Assembly: GCF_018977255.1 (NCBI RefSeq)
Contig: NW_024704743.1
Span: 72,666,001 to 72,730,000, forward strand
Length of the DNA stretch: 64,000 nucleotides
Direction: 5' to 3'
DNA from: Callorhinchus milii
Lineage: Eukaryota
Shown in pieces: positions 1-13,900 of this stretch. The notes under the pieces were generated by a model. It made no database searches and had not been told where the DNA came from. It saw nothing but the letters and a program-made list of their open reading frames with translations. Position 1 is the first letter of the stretch. Every line of letters starts with the position of its first letter. Both the position numbers and the translations under genes were made by a program.

Positions 1-1848
1 CACCAAAGGAACCACAACAACTTGCATTTGTATAGTGCCCTTCACGCAATGGTGGAGTCTGTGAAGTACGTTGGAGTGAACAGTGTATCCTCTCATAGCA
101 TAGAATCCGAGTACATCATGCTGACCCCCTGAGAGGGTGCTTCTGATCACACAGCAAGACAAAGCCTGACAGTGCATAACACAAGTGTATTTACTGGTGG
201 TAGTATTGGGTAGGGCTGACAGAGATAATATAGCATGGTGTACATTAGGGAGCTCTGGCTGATTTTCCCCACTCTATTGAGTCTCTGCAAAAAACATTTT
301 TTCTGGCCATGTTTACATTTGCTAATATTTTAACTTTTGATTTTACAGGAAAAGAGTATTACAAAGCTTATTTGCCTTTTTTTGAAACATTCTTTTGCAA
401 ATAATATTAGCAACATTCTTTAAAAATACTGATAAAAATAAACTAGCCTTTGTTCTCTGCAGGACAAGTTTTTTTTCTTTGACCAGCTACTTGTGGATCA
501 TTTCAGTAAGAACAGAATGAATATCGGTGGTGACTTTAATCACTTCTGACGCTTTCCCTCTTGCCTTTAGTTTTCAGTGAATGTTGCCGCACCCAACTCA
601 CTTTCCCCACAGTAATTTTTGGTTTGACATAGCCAAGAATGTGTCAATAAAACACAAGCATCACATATGATTGAGAGAAAACATCTGACTGCATGAAACA
701 AACCGAATCCAAGATGTTCAACAATCACAACTAACTACAGTAATATATATATACTGGGTAGAACTGGACTCGGTTGAAGGATTTCATGTTCTCTAAAGTG
801 AGCAGCACCATATGTTCTTTTATTTAAATTAAAGTGAAATGGTTTACATATAATGTGCCAGTAGAGCCCCAATAATTGGACAAAATCCAATCTCCAGACC
901 TTGCAAATAATCCTTGCATTTAATATACCATCTTTCATGTTTGGTGGACGTCTCAAAGCTTTACAGTATAAAGTGTAGTGACTATTTTTGTGGAAAACCA
1001 CAGCAGCCAATTTCCGCACAGGAATGTCCCACAAACTGCCATGAATTGAGTAGAACCCTGTTAAAAATGCACTTCATTATAATCCAGTTCACAGATGGCA
1101 AATATATTGTGGGTGACCTTGATATTTTCTTCACTAAAAATCTAAAATCGTGATGCGGAGACATCCAAATCCGAAGGCGCACTTCGAATTGTTCACTACA
1201 TCTCATGACGTTTCAAAACCCGTCAGCACAACAGTGGGATCTGCAGTACTATGGCTCATTTTGAGGCAAGATAACCAATTCCAAGTATAATGGAGTCGGC
1301 CAGCTTTCTGCGTGCCTGCTCAGTGACAATCATGTGATGGTGCCTTCACAAGAGAAGCCCCATTCTTGATCCATTATAAGGAGCGCTGGAATGTTAAGGG
1401 TCCCTACTTCTGAATTATATAAGGCTGTAAGAACATTTAGTCTAAAAAGTAAAGATGGTGCAGAAATGTAAAAAAAAATTAAATTCAGGTTTAATTTCAA
1501 CGTTGGTTTTCGTCAGTCCTTGGTTCTGAATTACAAATGAACTTAAACATCTTCCAGAATTCTGCTCAGTCAGAAATGCTAAGACCAAATGGTCTTAAAG
1601 GCTAAGAATGAGTTCTGGAGTGGAATTCTGGTGTCTGAGGTGATCCAAATTTAATAGTTATATCAGTGAAAGACGTATGCAGACCAATCCCATCATAATG
1701 CACCTCGGTCTGATTATCACATAGCTCTGCTTATAGCCTGGTTGCACTTAACTGATATCAGTAGCAACCTATCAACCTTGCAATATTTGTTGACTAGCAG
1801 CTGTATTTTAGTGACCTCATTGTAATGCAAGATCTGAGTTTACTACAA

Positions 1849-2685
1849 AAAATTGCATTATATTGTGCCCCGCACACAGAGTAGTGTCCTAGAGCGCTTG
1901 CCAGTGGCAGAGCATGATGCCGAGCTGGGGGTAGCGGGAGGAGACCATGGGCATAGTCTAAGAGGAAGGTCTTCAGGTGCAATCTGAAGATGGGGAAGGT
2001 AAAGGCAAGGTGGAGGGAGAAAGGAAGAGTGTTCCACAATCTCGGGGCATAGTGGCTGAAAGTGCGGCCAGCGATGGTGGAGCATGAGGGATATGCAGGA
2101 GGCCAGAGCCAGTCGAGCAAAGGCAGTGGGTAGTTGGTTGGGAAGTAAGCAGATCGGAGAGGTAGGGAGGTGCCAGGGCATGAAGGAAATTGAAAACGAA
2201 TGTGAGGATCTTAAAATCGATCAGTTTGGTGACAGTGGAGCTTGGCAAGAACTGGTGTGATGGGAGTACGGAGTTTAATATGGCTGAATATGCAGGCATT
2301 GGTGCTTTGGATCAGTTGGATTTGGGGGATGGTGGAGCTAGGGAGACTGGAAAGAGGGCATTTGAGAAGTTGAGTCGGGAGGTGACGAACGCATGGATGA
2401 GGGTTTCATCTGCGTCTGCGGTATGGTACGGTCAGAGGCGGACAATGTGCCAGAGGTGAAGGAAGGTGGTCCTGGTCAGGGACTGGGTGTAGGCAAGGAA
2501 GAACAACTGTCGGTCGAACCTGAAGCGCACCAGTTCGGTGAGTCTGAGTGATAGACCAGTGAGATTGAGGTGGTCATAGCCGCAGGACTGAAGATATTGC
2601 CAGGAGCCAAGCAGAATGGCTTCCGTCTTCTTGGCATTAAGTTGTAAGAAGTTTGCGCTCATCTAGGCTCTGATGTTTCTGGATC
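1849..2685 (-). mobile_element. L2 LINE 3' fragment, decayed
   Basis: Frameshifted peptides MSANFLQLNAKKTEAILLGS, IDFKILTFVF, GRTFSHYAPRLWNTLP match the L2 ORF2 C-terminus seen in the 47218 copy. Confidence 0.88.
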
Positions 2686-5039
2686 CAAACGATTGAGTTA
2701 TAACAGGGTCAGCCAGATAGAATGTCCTGGCCAACCATCCTCGAGAGAAATTGGTCGGTAACCTTATGGCCACCTTTCTTACACAGCGCTGTGAATGCAG
2801 AAGCACTAACTGGCAATCATGTCCTGTTATAGCACTGTTTGGGATTTTATGGACTCCAACAACAAGTGATAATGAGATTCTACTGTAAGTACACACATAG
2901 AGACACACACATATATGGAAAGCAAAGGTATCAAAGGATATGAAGGAAAGAGAAGGAAATGGCATTAAAAGATTTGCCATGATCCATAAAATTGTAGGAC
3001 AAGCTTGATAAGCTGAATGGTGTATTCCTTTTCCAATGTTCTGAGCTGTACATTCTTTTGACTCAGAGGCAAGAATGCTTTTGACTGAGTAATTATGTGA
3101 TAAAGGGGTCTAAAGCATGGCTTTCATACCAGGAATCACAATTTCTCAGGCCTTTAAACTGCCATCTAGTCAAAACTAAGAGAATAAGCTTTACTTTGGA
3201 ACTATTAGGCCACTGAATTCACACTCAATACAAAATGTAATTTACAAGCCATGAAATGAAAACTTCAATTGGCAAAAGCAAAGAAAACTTAATTTAGCAG
3301 TGGATAGGTAAAAGAGAGTTATGCAAACATATTGGAAAACTAAAAGGAAAATGCATACCTTCTTAAAAATAAATCGTTTGAATAGTTTCAAGATTCCTCT
3401 TTTATTGTATTATTTTAAGGAATGTGCACAGGCTGTTTGGCAGTTCAAATACATTCGAAAATATTCAAATATTTCTGAATGCTTCTGAAGGTATCTGATT
3501 TCTCCCGCTCTCTCCCCCCTCCACAGGATAACTTGTCGCCTGTGTCTTGAACAATTAAGAAAATGGTATTTCAAAGCCTGCACCATTTTCACAATGTTGG
3601 TTCGGAAGATAAGAAGGACAAGGAGTAAAGAATAATAAGAAGACATCGGCAGAAATTGCAAGAGAATAGCTGAACACAAAAAGGAAAGATAAAAGTCTCA
3701 AAAAAAAGAACAAGTCAACAGAGTATAACGCATTGAAAATTACTCTTCAAACCCTGCTTGCACTGGCCTACTGTAAAATACAGAAGAGGTAAAATACAGA
3801 AGAGGTTTCTGGCACACAGAAAATGAAATAAATTGATAAATCTCATACTAGTTAGGTCATTTAAACTGAATATTAGATGTTGCGTCATTCACAATGGGAG
3901 TCTCGCTTTTTGAAATGCCTTTTAAAAATCAAACCATAAAACGATGATGAAAAAAAATCACCTTTTTTATGATTTTCGGTTTCCTACTTATTTTTAATAA
4001 TTTTTTAAAAATTACTTTTTGTTTAAACGGGCAGCTCTGATGACATCAACACAGTGGCTGACTTGGGAGAGCTACAGAGCCCATTAGTCTGTGCAAAAGA
4101 AGCTAATAACACCCAGAGGGAATCTGGAATTTTCTTTCAAACATCCATCATTTTTACTCCACAGTCCCAGTTGGAAACTGTAGACTTAACATTGGTGTTT
4201 GTTTAGGTGGACCTAATTCTAGGCTGTTCTTTCTGATGTGGCTTTAACTCTGATGTGGCAAACATTCAGTGCTAGGTAATCCAATGAATAAAAGGGCATC
4301 CTCAATATGAGACTTGGACCCTAGAAAGCCAAGAAATCGGAATTCAAATGAAGAATTAAAGAAGACACTAGGTGTGGAAATAGTTATAAATACATTTTAA
4401 GTCAAATAGATAATGGGGAAAATTTATGGCATGCAGCAACAATTTCAACAACAGCTTATATAGCTCCCCTCAGAGTCAGAAAGTTGTGGGTTCAGTAAGC
4501 ACATCAGGATTTTGAACTTATAGTCTAATTAAAAAGTTGGGCAAAATCCATGGATACTTGACTAAAACAATTAAGGCAAATGCACTCTTATATTATCCTA
4601 TTAATGGTTTCAAAGCAGTGTCTGTCCTCAAGCTGGAACCAATGTGATTTAGGGACCTTAACATAAATTAAAAATATGATACTCTCAAGTTTAAAGTCAT
4701 AGAAATTTAGCAAGATCCTCTACATGTGATACAAACATTCAAAGATTCAATTATAGAACCCATGTTACAGTTGTTAATTATCAAACAGCAGACATGAGGG
4801 GTAGTCCATAAGAATCATAGAATTCATAGTATTATACAGCACCGAAGGAGGCCATTTGTCCCATTGTGTCTATTTGATGATATAAGATTAGGCATAGTTT
4901 TTTTAGAGAGGCAACACAGTCACAGATCAATGGGAAACACAACCTGGTTTTATGAGCTTTCACATTAACTCAAAGTAAAAGAGCAGATTATCAATGGGCT
5001 AAAAACTGCACCTACAAAATCCAATGCAATTTTAAGAAA

Positions 5040-5378
5040 TGTTTTCAAATCCCTTCCTGACCTGGCACCTCCCTATCTCTCCAACCTGCTTACCCCCCAA
5101 CCCACAACCTGCTACTGCCGCTCGACTAGCTCTGGCCTTCTGCATGTCCCTTGTGCCCTCCGTTCCACTATTCGTGGCCGCACTTTCAGCCACTATGCCC
5201 CGAAACCCTGGAACACTCTTCCTCTATCCCTCCGCTTTGCCCCTTCCTTCTTATTCAACTTTGCCTATAAACACCTCCCCCTCCCCCTGGCTCGGCGTCA
5301 TGCTCCACCACTGTCAAGAGCCCCGGGATGCTGCCCTGAGCGAGGGGCGCTATATAAATACAACTTGTTGTTGTTGTG
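5040..5378 (+). mobile_element. L2 LINE 3' fragment
   Basis: Pyrimidine-rich L2 end (ttcagccactatgcccc...ctggaac) followed by ggcgctatataaatacaac(TTG)n tail. Confidence 0.85.
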
Positions 5379-5473
5379 ATCCATGATCTCACAAATTAGC
5401 ATGATGGACATGGGATTCCCTCCAGATAATACAATTTGTTTCCTGAAATATTTGGGGGTTGGCGTATTTCCTA

Positions 5474-5850
5474 GTGTCAGCCTAGCTCAGTTGGTAGCTC
5501 ATCTCTGATTCAGAAGGTTGTGGGTTCAAACCCCACGTCTCGACTTTGACCTCAGACTGGCACTCTACAGCAATGCTAGGAGTACATGCCCATTTTGGGA
5601 TGAGACACTAAACCCTGGACTTCTCTGCTTGTTCAGGTGGTCATTAAAGATCCTATGGCACTACTTGAATAGAGAACAGAGTGCCTTGGTCAACAATTAA
5701 AATTTGTCATTCATTTCATGGTTGCTTATTGGACATTGTTGTGCAAATTTATTGCCACATTTGCCTACAAATACAAAGTAAATCCTGTAAAGTGCTTTGA
5801 AAAGTTTAGATGATGTGAAAAGGTCCATATGAAGAGTAAGCATTATAATA
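5474..5850 (+). mobile_element. Older DeuSINE (SacSINE1-like) copy
   Basis: gtgtcagcctagctcagttggtagc...gaaggttgtgggttcaa head; gatgagacactaaacc...aaagatcctatggcacta body; Deu-like 3' half. Family name from memory. Confidence 0.72.
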
Positions 5851-6348
5851 ATATATTCCAGTAATGCTGCAACTTTGATGGTTGCATGATTGTACAGTTA
5901 GTGCACTCTCCTGAAGGAAAATACTAAGCTAAGTTCACATCCTCTAAGTGTGCTAAACCTACTGCCGTTCAAAGCACCATCCCCAGAACTATAGATATTC
6001 ATAGCACGGAAGAAGGCCATTCGACCCATCATGTCTTTGCCGACTCTTTTAAAGAACAACCATTTCAATCCCATTTATTTGCCTTTTTCCCATCCTTTTT
6101 TATATGCAACGAAACAATGAAGTCTGGGATTTTTTAAAACTAGATTCCAAAGCCTAGTAAGAATTGCCATTCAAGCTAAAGGATATTTGTACATGAAATT
6201 CCACCTTGGTCTAGATTTACTTTAGCTTCTTAACATTTCAGAGCACCAGAATTTAGCAAATTATTAATTATGCAGCTGGTTTTCTGTAAATTCATTTAAG
6301 AATTTCAGCAAACTGACTTCACAGCTAAGACTATATTCAACAATATGT

Positions 6349-6620
6349 CAAGACCTGGGGTTCGATTCCTGGCAGGGCAAAACCTTGGGCAAGTTTCTTT
6401 ACTCCCCTAATAATAATCCCTCAAGAAAATAAATAATAATAAATTGGTCACTTCAATCCACGACTGTTTATGGGACACTGCTGTGTGCAATTTGGCTGCC
6501 ACATTTCGCCCACAAATATACAGTCAATTCACTTTACAGTATATTCTGTGAAGTGCTTTGAGACGTCTAGAAGACGTGAAAAGCACTATATCAAATGCAA
6601 GGATTATTATTTTTATTATT
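6349..6620 (+). mobile_element. 5'-truncated tRNA-derived SINE
   Basis: B box ggttcgattcc, aaaccttgggcaagtttc, Deu-like body and (TTA)n tail. Confidence 0.88.
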
Positions 6621-9600
6621 TTAAATTCTGATTGTTCTGAAATAATCAATAAATGGTTAATAGCGTAAATCTATACCCAACTGAAATTGCTCCCCAGGAG
6701 TGTTTCAAACCAGTTATCTTTGCAATCTTTCAAAAAAAAAGCTGTTTTAAATTATTTCTTATACTTTTTAAAGCAATGATGTTTACAACTACAGGAAACA
6801 CCTGATAACTCAACACTCCACGAGGAAAGGGCTCAGTGACGAGTTATCAGGAGTGGTGAGTTAGGCATATGCATAAATACATAAATAAAAGCATCTGGGA
6901 TATTGACAGCATGATGACTTAAGTGGTAGTGACAAGTGAAGCTGAATTTCCTGTACTGTAATTTGAACTTTGGCATACATATTAAAGTGCATAAAATCTT
7001 TTAAGAACTACAGAAAAATGACTGCTCAAACCAAGGCCCCATCTGCCCTTTCAGATGGCTGTTGAAGTTCCCTTGGCACTATTTAAAAATAGAAAGGATT
7101 TTTTCTTGGTATCCTGGGCAACAATCCCTCGTATAATATTGGTCATTCACTCCATAGATTTGTGGACATTACTGTGAACAAATTGGCTGCTCCATTTACC
7201 TACAAAAAAAGTCACTGCATTTTACAGCATACCATGTGACATGCTTTGCGATTGTTCCCAATGTAAAAAGCAGTAATATTAAATCCTGGGAAGCAATTGA
7301 AACATCCTCCCGGCTATACTAAATGCAAAGATTATTATTATTTATTAGAAAATGTACAGTTACTTGATACCTCTCTGTGTACAAAGCAGCAATGCAATTA
7401 TTTCAGATGACATTATGATCAGGAGCATATTGCATGAGCTGTACATTCTCATCATTTGAGACTGAATTATAGCCTTATGTTTACCAGCAGATATTAATTA
7501 TAGTTTAAAATCTTTACAACGTTTTGATCTTATATCCAAAATGTTGCATTCGTATCATTGTTTCGAGACACGAAATGGCTCTGTAATGAAGGACTTCTTT
7601 TATTCACCACAATGAAGCTGGAAAGGTGGCATTTGCAATCCTTCGGTCACTGTGTTAATTGTAGTTTCCAGCCAAGCAATAGCCTGAAAGGCCAATGCGG
7701 CTATGTTCATGACTTCCACTTTGCCATCGCAGAAGGAACCATCCAATTAGCTGAATGAGGAGTTTCCTTCCAGAGAGAGATTACGCATTCCAATCCAGGC
7801 ACAGGAAAATTTCCACGTGTAGGTGGGCTATATTTGTGAAACTCTCGGTCTGGATTGTATACTCTTAGGCATCATGATGGGCTTCAGTATGTGTCGGACA
7901 CCCGGCTGACCTAACAAAACTCACAGGTGGCATTTCGCTTTCAGGTCGTTTCTCATCCAAGAAGTGGGCCAAAAATTCTGATAAAGAGGTCAAAAAGCCA
8001 AACATCAACCACTTTAATAGCCTTTGCCAGTTTTCGGGAACAGAATTGTATCCTTTTTTTAAAAAAGCAAATTCTAAAATTCCAGTCACAAACTGGAAGT
8101 GGTTATTACTGCAGCCAAATGCCATTTGAGATTAGTGCATTTAGCTAATTTACAAAATCAAAACTATTTCAAATAGAAAAAAAATCGGCATGATGATTAC
8201 ACATTTTAAATCAGAAACTATCTGGATTTCCTTTCCATATCAAATGTAACCTCACATCACATAGTTATGCTATGAGGGGTTCAAATGGTATTAATAATCC
8301 ATGCCTACAGAAGTCAGAGCCAGATTCTGAAATCATTCCCAGCACTGTACAAAGTGGTACAAGAGTATCTACGGAACTTAGGAACAAGTTATTCTTTTGC
8401 ATGGTTAATGTTCCCAAAGGACTTGTTGATGGATCTCACTGTAAAAGCCTAATTTCTCGTCACTGAACCCTTGTTCTGGATTTCTCCAACGGTAACGTGT
8501 GTACAGAATAGTTAACTGACAAATAAAGAAAGTAAGCAGGCTGCTGCACTGCCAGCTTTGGAACTCTGGCGCCATATTTAATAAAAGCACACAGCAGGAA
8601 AAAGTATATAAGTGAATGGCTTCTTGAATGAGTCTGAACAGAGCATGAGGTGGATGAGAAACGGCGTAAATTGCAAAAAAAAGTATTTAACATGCTTTTG
8701 CATTTGGCATCGTAAAATGTTTCAGACAGCAAAGAGCAAGTCAACTTTAAAGCCTGCACGGGCAGTGAAGTAAGCTTACTGACGTGGTAGTGGTGTTCTT
8801 CATGGTGGGGGCTTCACTAATCCTTGTGTTCTTTGTCGATAGGATTAGCAAATCACAATGCGTATGTAAAAACTGTTTATGTGGACCTTCTTTCAGTTGC
8901 CATGAAGCCAGCTGAGACGTAGGGCCTCCAAAATGCTGAAGACTGCCTGCACTTACTTAACATGTGTCTGTACCGCAGGGAACCCTTTAAGCACAGTCGA
9001 AATGGTGTAACAATGCTTTTATATTACATTAACCAGGTGCAGTCAACACATGCCAGATACCAAGTGTTTACATAAATATTTGGCACAGGCATGTTGTATG
9101 GGCCTCATAAAATCGCAATGATTTTTGCATTGAGTTTTTTTTAAGCCTTGCTATTATTCTATACATTGCTGGGTACAAGTGCTGTCCAACCAGAGAGCAA
9201 AGCTAAAGCTAAAGCTTTGCTTATTTCCCAAAATTCTGCATCACGTTTCCCACATGAACCAAAAAGCTAGCAAAAGGGCTCATGAAGTGCAGCAGAATCA
9301 GCCAAGAGAGAAAACAGTTGAAAAAGCACCCCAATCTGTTTACCAGAACAATACTACCCCTCCTGATCTAATGTTGCAACAACAATAACAACAATGACAA
9401 GCATTTATAAAGGTCTTTCACCCAGGATAGGGTCTTGGAGCGCTACAATAAACAGCATGGATAACATAATAATGAACATAATAATCCTTACATTTGATAC
9501 AGCGCCTTTCACAAAATAAACAAGAATATGAGCAAGCCAGCACCTAGTGCATTAATTAACTGCAAGTCATCAGATCACTATCGATGTCACTTCCTAAGTC

Positions 9601-10711
9601 AGAAGTGAATTTGGCATCAACCTGATGAGTTGGATGACATGTGGGGATCTTTGTGTGCTCGTGCAGTGAAGATGGACATGCTGACTACCAATGGTGCCCT
9701 GTAATTGCTCTGGTTGGGATTTTACGCACTTCAAATATCAAGTTATAATGGAGCTCCGCTGCCATTTATTTGTGTGCATCTGCTATTAAAACACAAATAT
9801 GAGGAATGAGGCCTCACCTTACGGTATATTATTTATGTCATGTCTCCCACCCGCGGCAATAATTGTTGTAATCACAGGCCGTTGCAGCTGACAGTGCAAC
9901 AATTTACATAGCACTTTTCACACAGGAAAATGTCTCAAGCAGTGCTGTCCAACAAATGGCCACACGTGGCCATATTGCTTTTCAGATGTATCCACTTCCA
10001 TATTGATGAATCAAATTACGTTTCAACTTGCAGGATTGAAATGTTGTCTTATCACGTCAAAACATCTCAAAAACTGGAATGCATGTGGCCAGTGGATTTG
10101 TGCCCAAACCCCTTGTTCTCAGCAAGAGAAAAATACACCCCTCAGAACATCACATGGTTATCATAAGCAACAACCTTGATTACATTTATTTCATATTCAA
10201 GTGCAAAAATGTCACTATACTGAAATATTTATTAAGATATTCAGTAAATTTTGGTTTCCCTCTTGTCAATTAACGAAATAGCAATGAAACAACTGTGTTG
10301 TGGCTTGTTTTGAGAGTTAATCATTGCCTCGTGCAATTACAGTGCTAGAAAAAACAGATAAAGCAACTTGCTTCAAATAGGATTAATCAACGTAGAGATA
10401 TTTTATCTACACATTCTTAAAATCCAAATGAAATCTCTAATTAATGTGCATGTTATTTTCAGCGAGATAGTGCTGGGATTAACCAGATTGCAGGAGGAAG
10501 GAAGGATAGCAATGGGTGGACTCTGACCGCTTTTCAGCAGAGTTACCCCAATTCTTTACTGCCACACTGACACAGGAAATTCCATTTGACAAAGGCATTC
10601 AATCACATGGTTGTACACACAGTCATCGAAAACTACCACAGTGAGCTGAAAATTACACTGGAAGTCCCTTGATAGGGACTGCTGTCAATATTGAAAAGTG
10701 TTTAATGTGGG

Positions 10712-10911
10712 TGGAAACCGAGGTTTTCTGAAAATGAACTGGAAATTATGGTTATGAAGCGTTTTTCCAAAAAGACGGCGGTATTTAGGAATAATAAAGG
10801 AAGTGCGTAAATGCGTAAATTTAGAAGGAAGATGTGGCAGTCTACTATCTGCAATGCGGTATCCGTAACATAGCAGAATAAATAGAAGGCTCATTGATGT
10901 GGAAAAGATGA
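10712..10911 (+). pseudogene. Fossil Myb/SANT-like DNA-binding domain, probably from a PIF/Harbinger transposon
   Basis: Translation WKPRFSENELEIMVMKRFSKKTAVFRNNKGSA*MRKFRRKMWQSTICNAVSVT*, then WKR* in a shifted frame. Confidence 0.55.
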
Positions 10912-13900
10912 AAAAGGGAAAAAAATGTAGACGGATTCAAAACGTTTAATTGGAGACAAATTCAAAACATTATCATTTAAATTATCAAATTCAGAGGAAG
11001 AATTCTTTCAGCAATTACCAAATGTAGGAGAACCCCAGAGATAGAAAGAACCTTCGAAGATTCAAGTACATGATGTCCACTAATGTAACTGCAATAACAT
11101 GTTTGATACAACAAAACAGTGCAGACATAGCAATATTTCTTTAAACACTTGCTCATTGTGTTAAGTCTTTAGAAATGTGCTGTGTTCCTTTAAATAAAGC
11201 TATTAAGATGTCAACCTGACTCGGTTGGTAGCAGTTTCACTTTGCGTTTGAAGGTTGGGAATATGTGAAGGCATCTAACTTTTACTGTTGTTGCTACAGT
11301 TCTAGCAGGAGGTCTGGGAGGCCTTATAATGGTCAAAATAGGAAACCCCATGGGGAAACATTTGGAGTATAGGTTACAGGCCTATATTGGGACTTCTCTG
11401 GTTTAGGATTACAGATTCGCAAATCTCCCAGCCCAATATTCACAAACTGCAACTCGAAGTGAGAAACTCAAATCCAGTGTTGAACATTTTTGACCCTGTC
11501 ATATCTTCCTGCCTTTTAAACAAAATGTCTTTCAAATGTGTACACCATGAACACAAGTCAATGTATTAACTAACTTCCTGTGAAAAATCGATTTAATTTA
11601 GCATTCTAACCTAGAATGAGAGTGAGAGCAGAAAATAAGCCAGTTTGGAACAAGAAAAAACAACTTGCATTTATATAGCACCCTTCATGCAGCTTAGCAT
11701 CTCAGATTTCCATTTGATTGAAAGCATTTGTGGAATGGGAAGTATCAAGACACATTCTTGTTCCCACGTCTGTACATTGCTAAGATAGAAGCAGAATCAC
11801 ACCCAGCAGTTCAATCAGTGGGACTATCCCTAAGAAGTCCCAGTAAGGCTGACAAGCAAAATTCCCAATCTTTCCTGAAGAGGTTTAACATTTTTGACTG
11901 TTATAATGCCTCCCAGGCCTGCAGCCAGGGATTGCAGCAACAAGGATTTAGATGCCTTCACATATTCAAAAACCTTCTGCTGCGGAGATGAAAAGGGGGT
12001 GGGAGCTCTCTTGAAGTCTGAATGAGGTATTTTGTACATGCAACATTCTTTGCATTTTAATGAATTCATAAATGCTTGATATTAGCATTGGGTGTAAAGT
12101 GGCAATAACAAATGTGGTGTCGACACTGCTACATTGCTGAGACCTTCTCAGTGGCTGTGAGTGACAAGTCACTGCTGGCACGTACGCTCACGTCACTGTG
12201 AACTAGTGGAATCCACAACACCATGCATGTACATACAAACTTGCGTACAGTCCCGCTTCCTGCCCTCGAGTGTGGTTACTCTCCACACACTGAGATGAGT
12301 TGATGAGACAAAGTGCAAGTGAAACCTGGCTATTTCTTGGAGATAGTCTGACGAAATTGCTGGGCGTAAAGCTGCTTCCCTCCCAGCAATGCACAGATGT
12401 GGAAATGGGAAGCTGGCTTTATGCTATCCATTCCACAAATGCTTTCAATCCGATGGAAAACAAAGAAAACTTCTAATTTTGGCATCCTGTGCCTGTTCGG
12501 GCTTTACGCATGCGCAGAACATTACAACCCAGTGTTTAACAATGTTAAAGAGATGGCTGCACAATCGGCTCTTTAACAATGATACAAAATGTTTTGAATT
12601 ACATTCCCTGATTGTCTACTGGAAGGATAAGATCTTTGAATGGATCTCTGGATAGTGTGCCCAGTGCAATTCACACCCACTGTGTTTATGTTGTGTGGGT
12701 GCAAATCTTATCGCGCCCGACATCAGGTCATGTGCGAGACCTTGAATCACGCTGCCTGAGCCCCTGGTTTACTACATTTGGCAGCAAACATGGTGGAAGG
12801 GCTTTCCCACCAAGTGCGTGATGTAATGTGAAACAAATTAATAGCGCACTGAAAATTTCAGTTCAACGCCAGCATCAAAGATGCTGTTATAAAGACACCA
12901 TTAATTGCTCCCCGCAGTCATCCCTCACCTTCTCATAAAAGGGGCATTTTCTTTAAAGCCGAACAAAAATTAAGGAGTAACGCTGCCTTGATCTTATCCA
13001 TTTGTTACGTCAGTCAGGTTGAAGGAGTCAGGTCAGGATACATCAGATCACTGAGGGGAGGCTTCAATGAAACAGCGAAGCATTGTGATTCCTGCCAATT
13101 CTTCACTAGATACCTAAGATTGTTAGGCAATAACCACCCCAAACAGATATCTTATTTTCCGATCCATATTCCTTACCGGTCCAAACTGGATTTAATACAA
13201 AAACTGCCCTCAGCACAGCTAATATTCCAAGGCAAGACTGTCCTTCTGTTACAGATTTTGCTTAGACACCAGCAGCTTATACTAACTTTCGCACAACTTG
13301 GCATATGATAAAAGGAACATTTTGCCATTACAGTTATCATTCCGCCGCATTCTTTTCTTCACATATTTATTTCCTCACGGATTGGTCCCAAGCCAAAATT
13401 GACAAGACAGAAATGCATGAAGAGCAGAAGTAGCTGAAATAAACCCTTGGCACGGCACACGGTCAGTTTTTTTATATAAAGTGGGTGGCTGCAATGGCTG
13501 ATCTGCGAAGGAAATGTAACAAACCAAAAGTTTTTTTTCTTTAAATGGTCATCGACAACAGCTGCTGGGTTGCAGTAGACATAGTGCTGCCCATTAAATC
13601 ACTGTAAAAATGCAGCTGTCTGCTGAGCAATATCTCATCAGGGGTTTGAAAGCTTGCTTGGTCCTATAAAAATTTCAATAACGTTGTATAAATCTTACAC
13701 TTCTGGCAGGCATCTTAAGACGCAAGCTTAAAATAGTCTCTCTCTCTCTTTCTCTTTAAAATGTAAATAAGAGCTGGTGAGCTGCTGGTCTGTTTGTTCA
13801 GCCCTCTGCCAGGAATTTGCAAGGATACTGCAAAATGTAATGGCAAGTGCCCTGCACAGATGACCTCGAGGAGTCAGGAAAGTCAAAGATCATTTATCAC

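Noticed and set aside
3635..3680. KTSAEIARE peptide resembling a transposase helix-turn-helix
   Set aside because: Only nine residues, immediately stopped, with no supporting flanks.
3773..3806. Perfect 16-bp tandem duplication GTAAAATACAGAAGAG
   Set aside because: Ordinary slippage-type duplication with no further structure.
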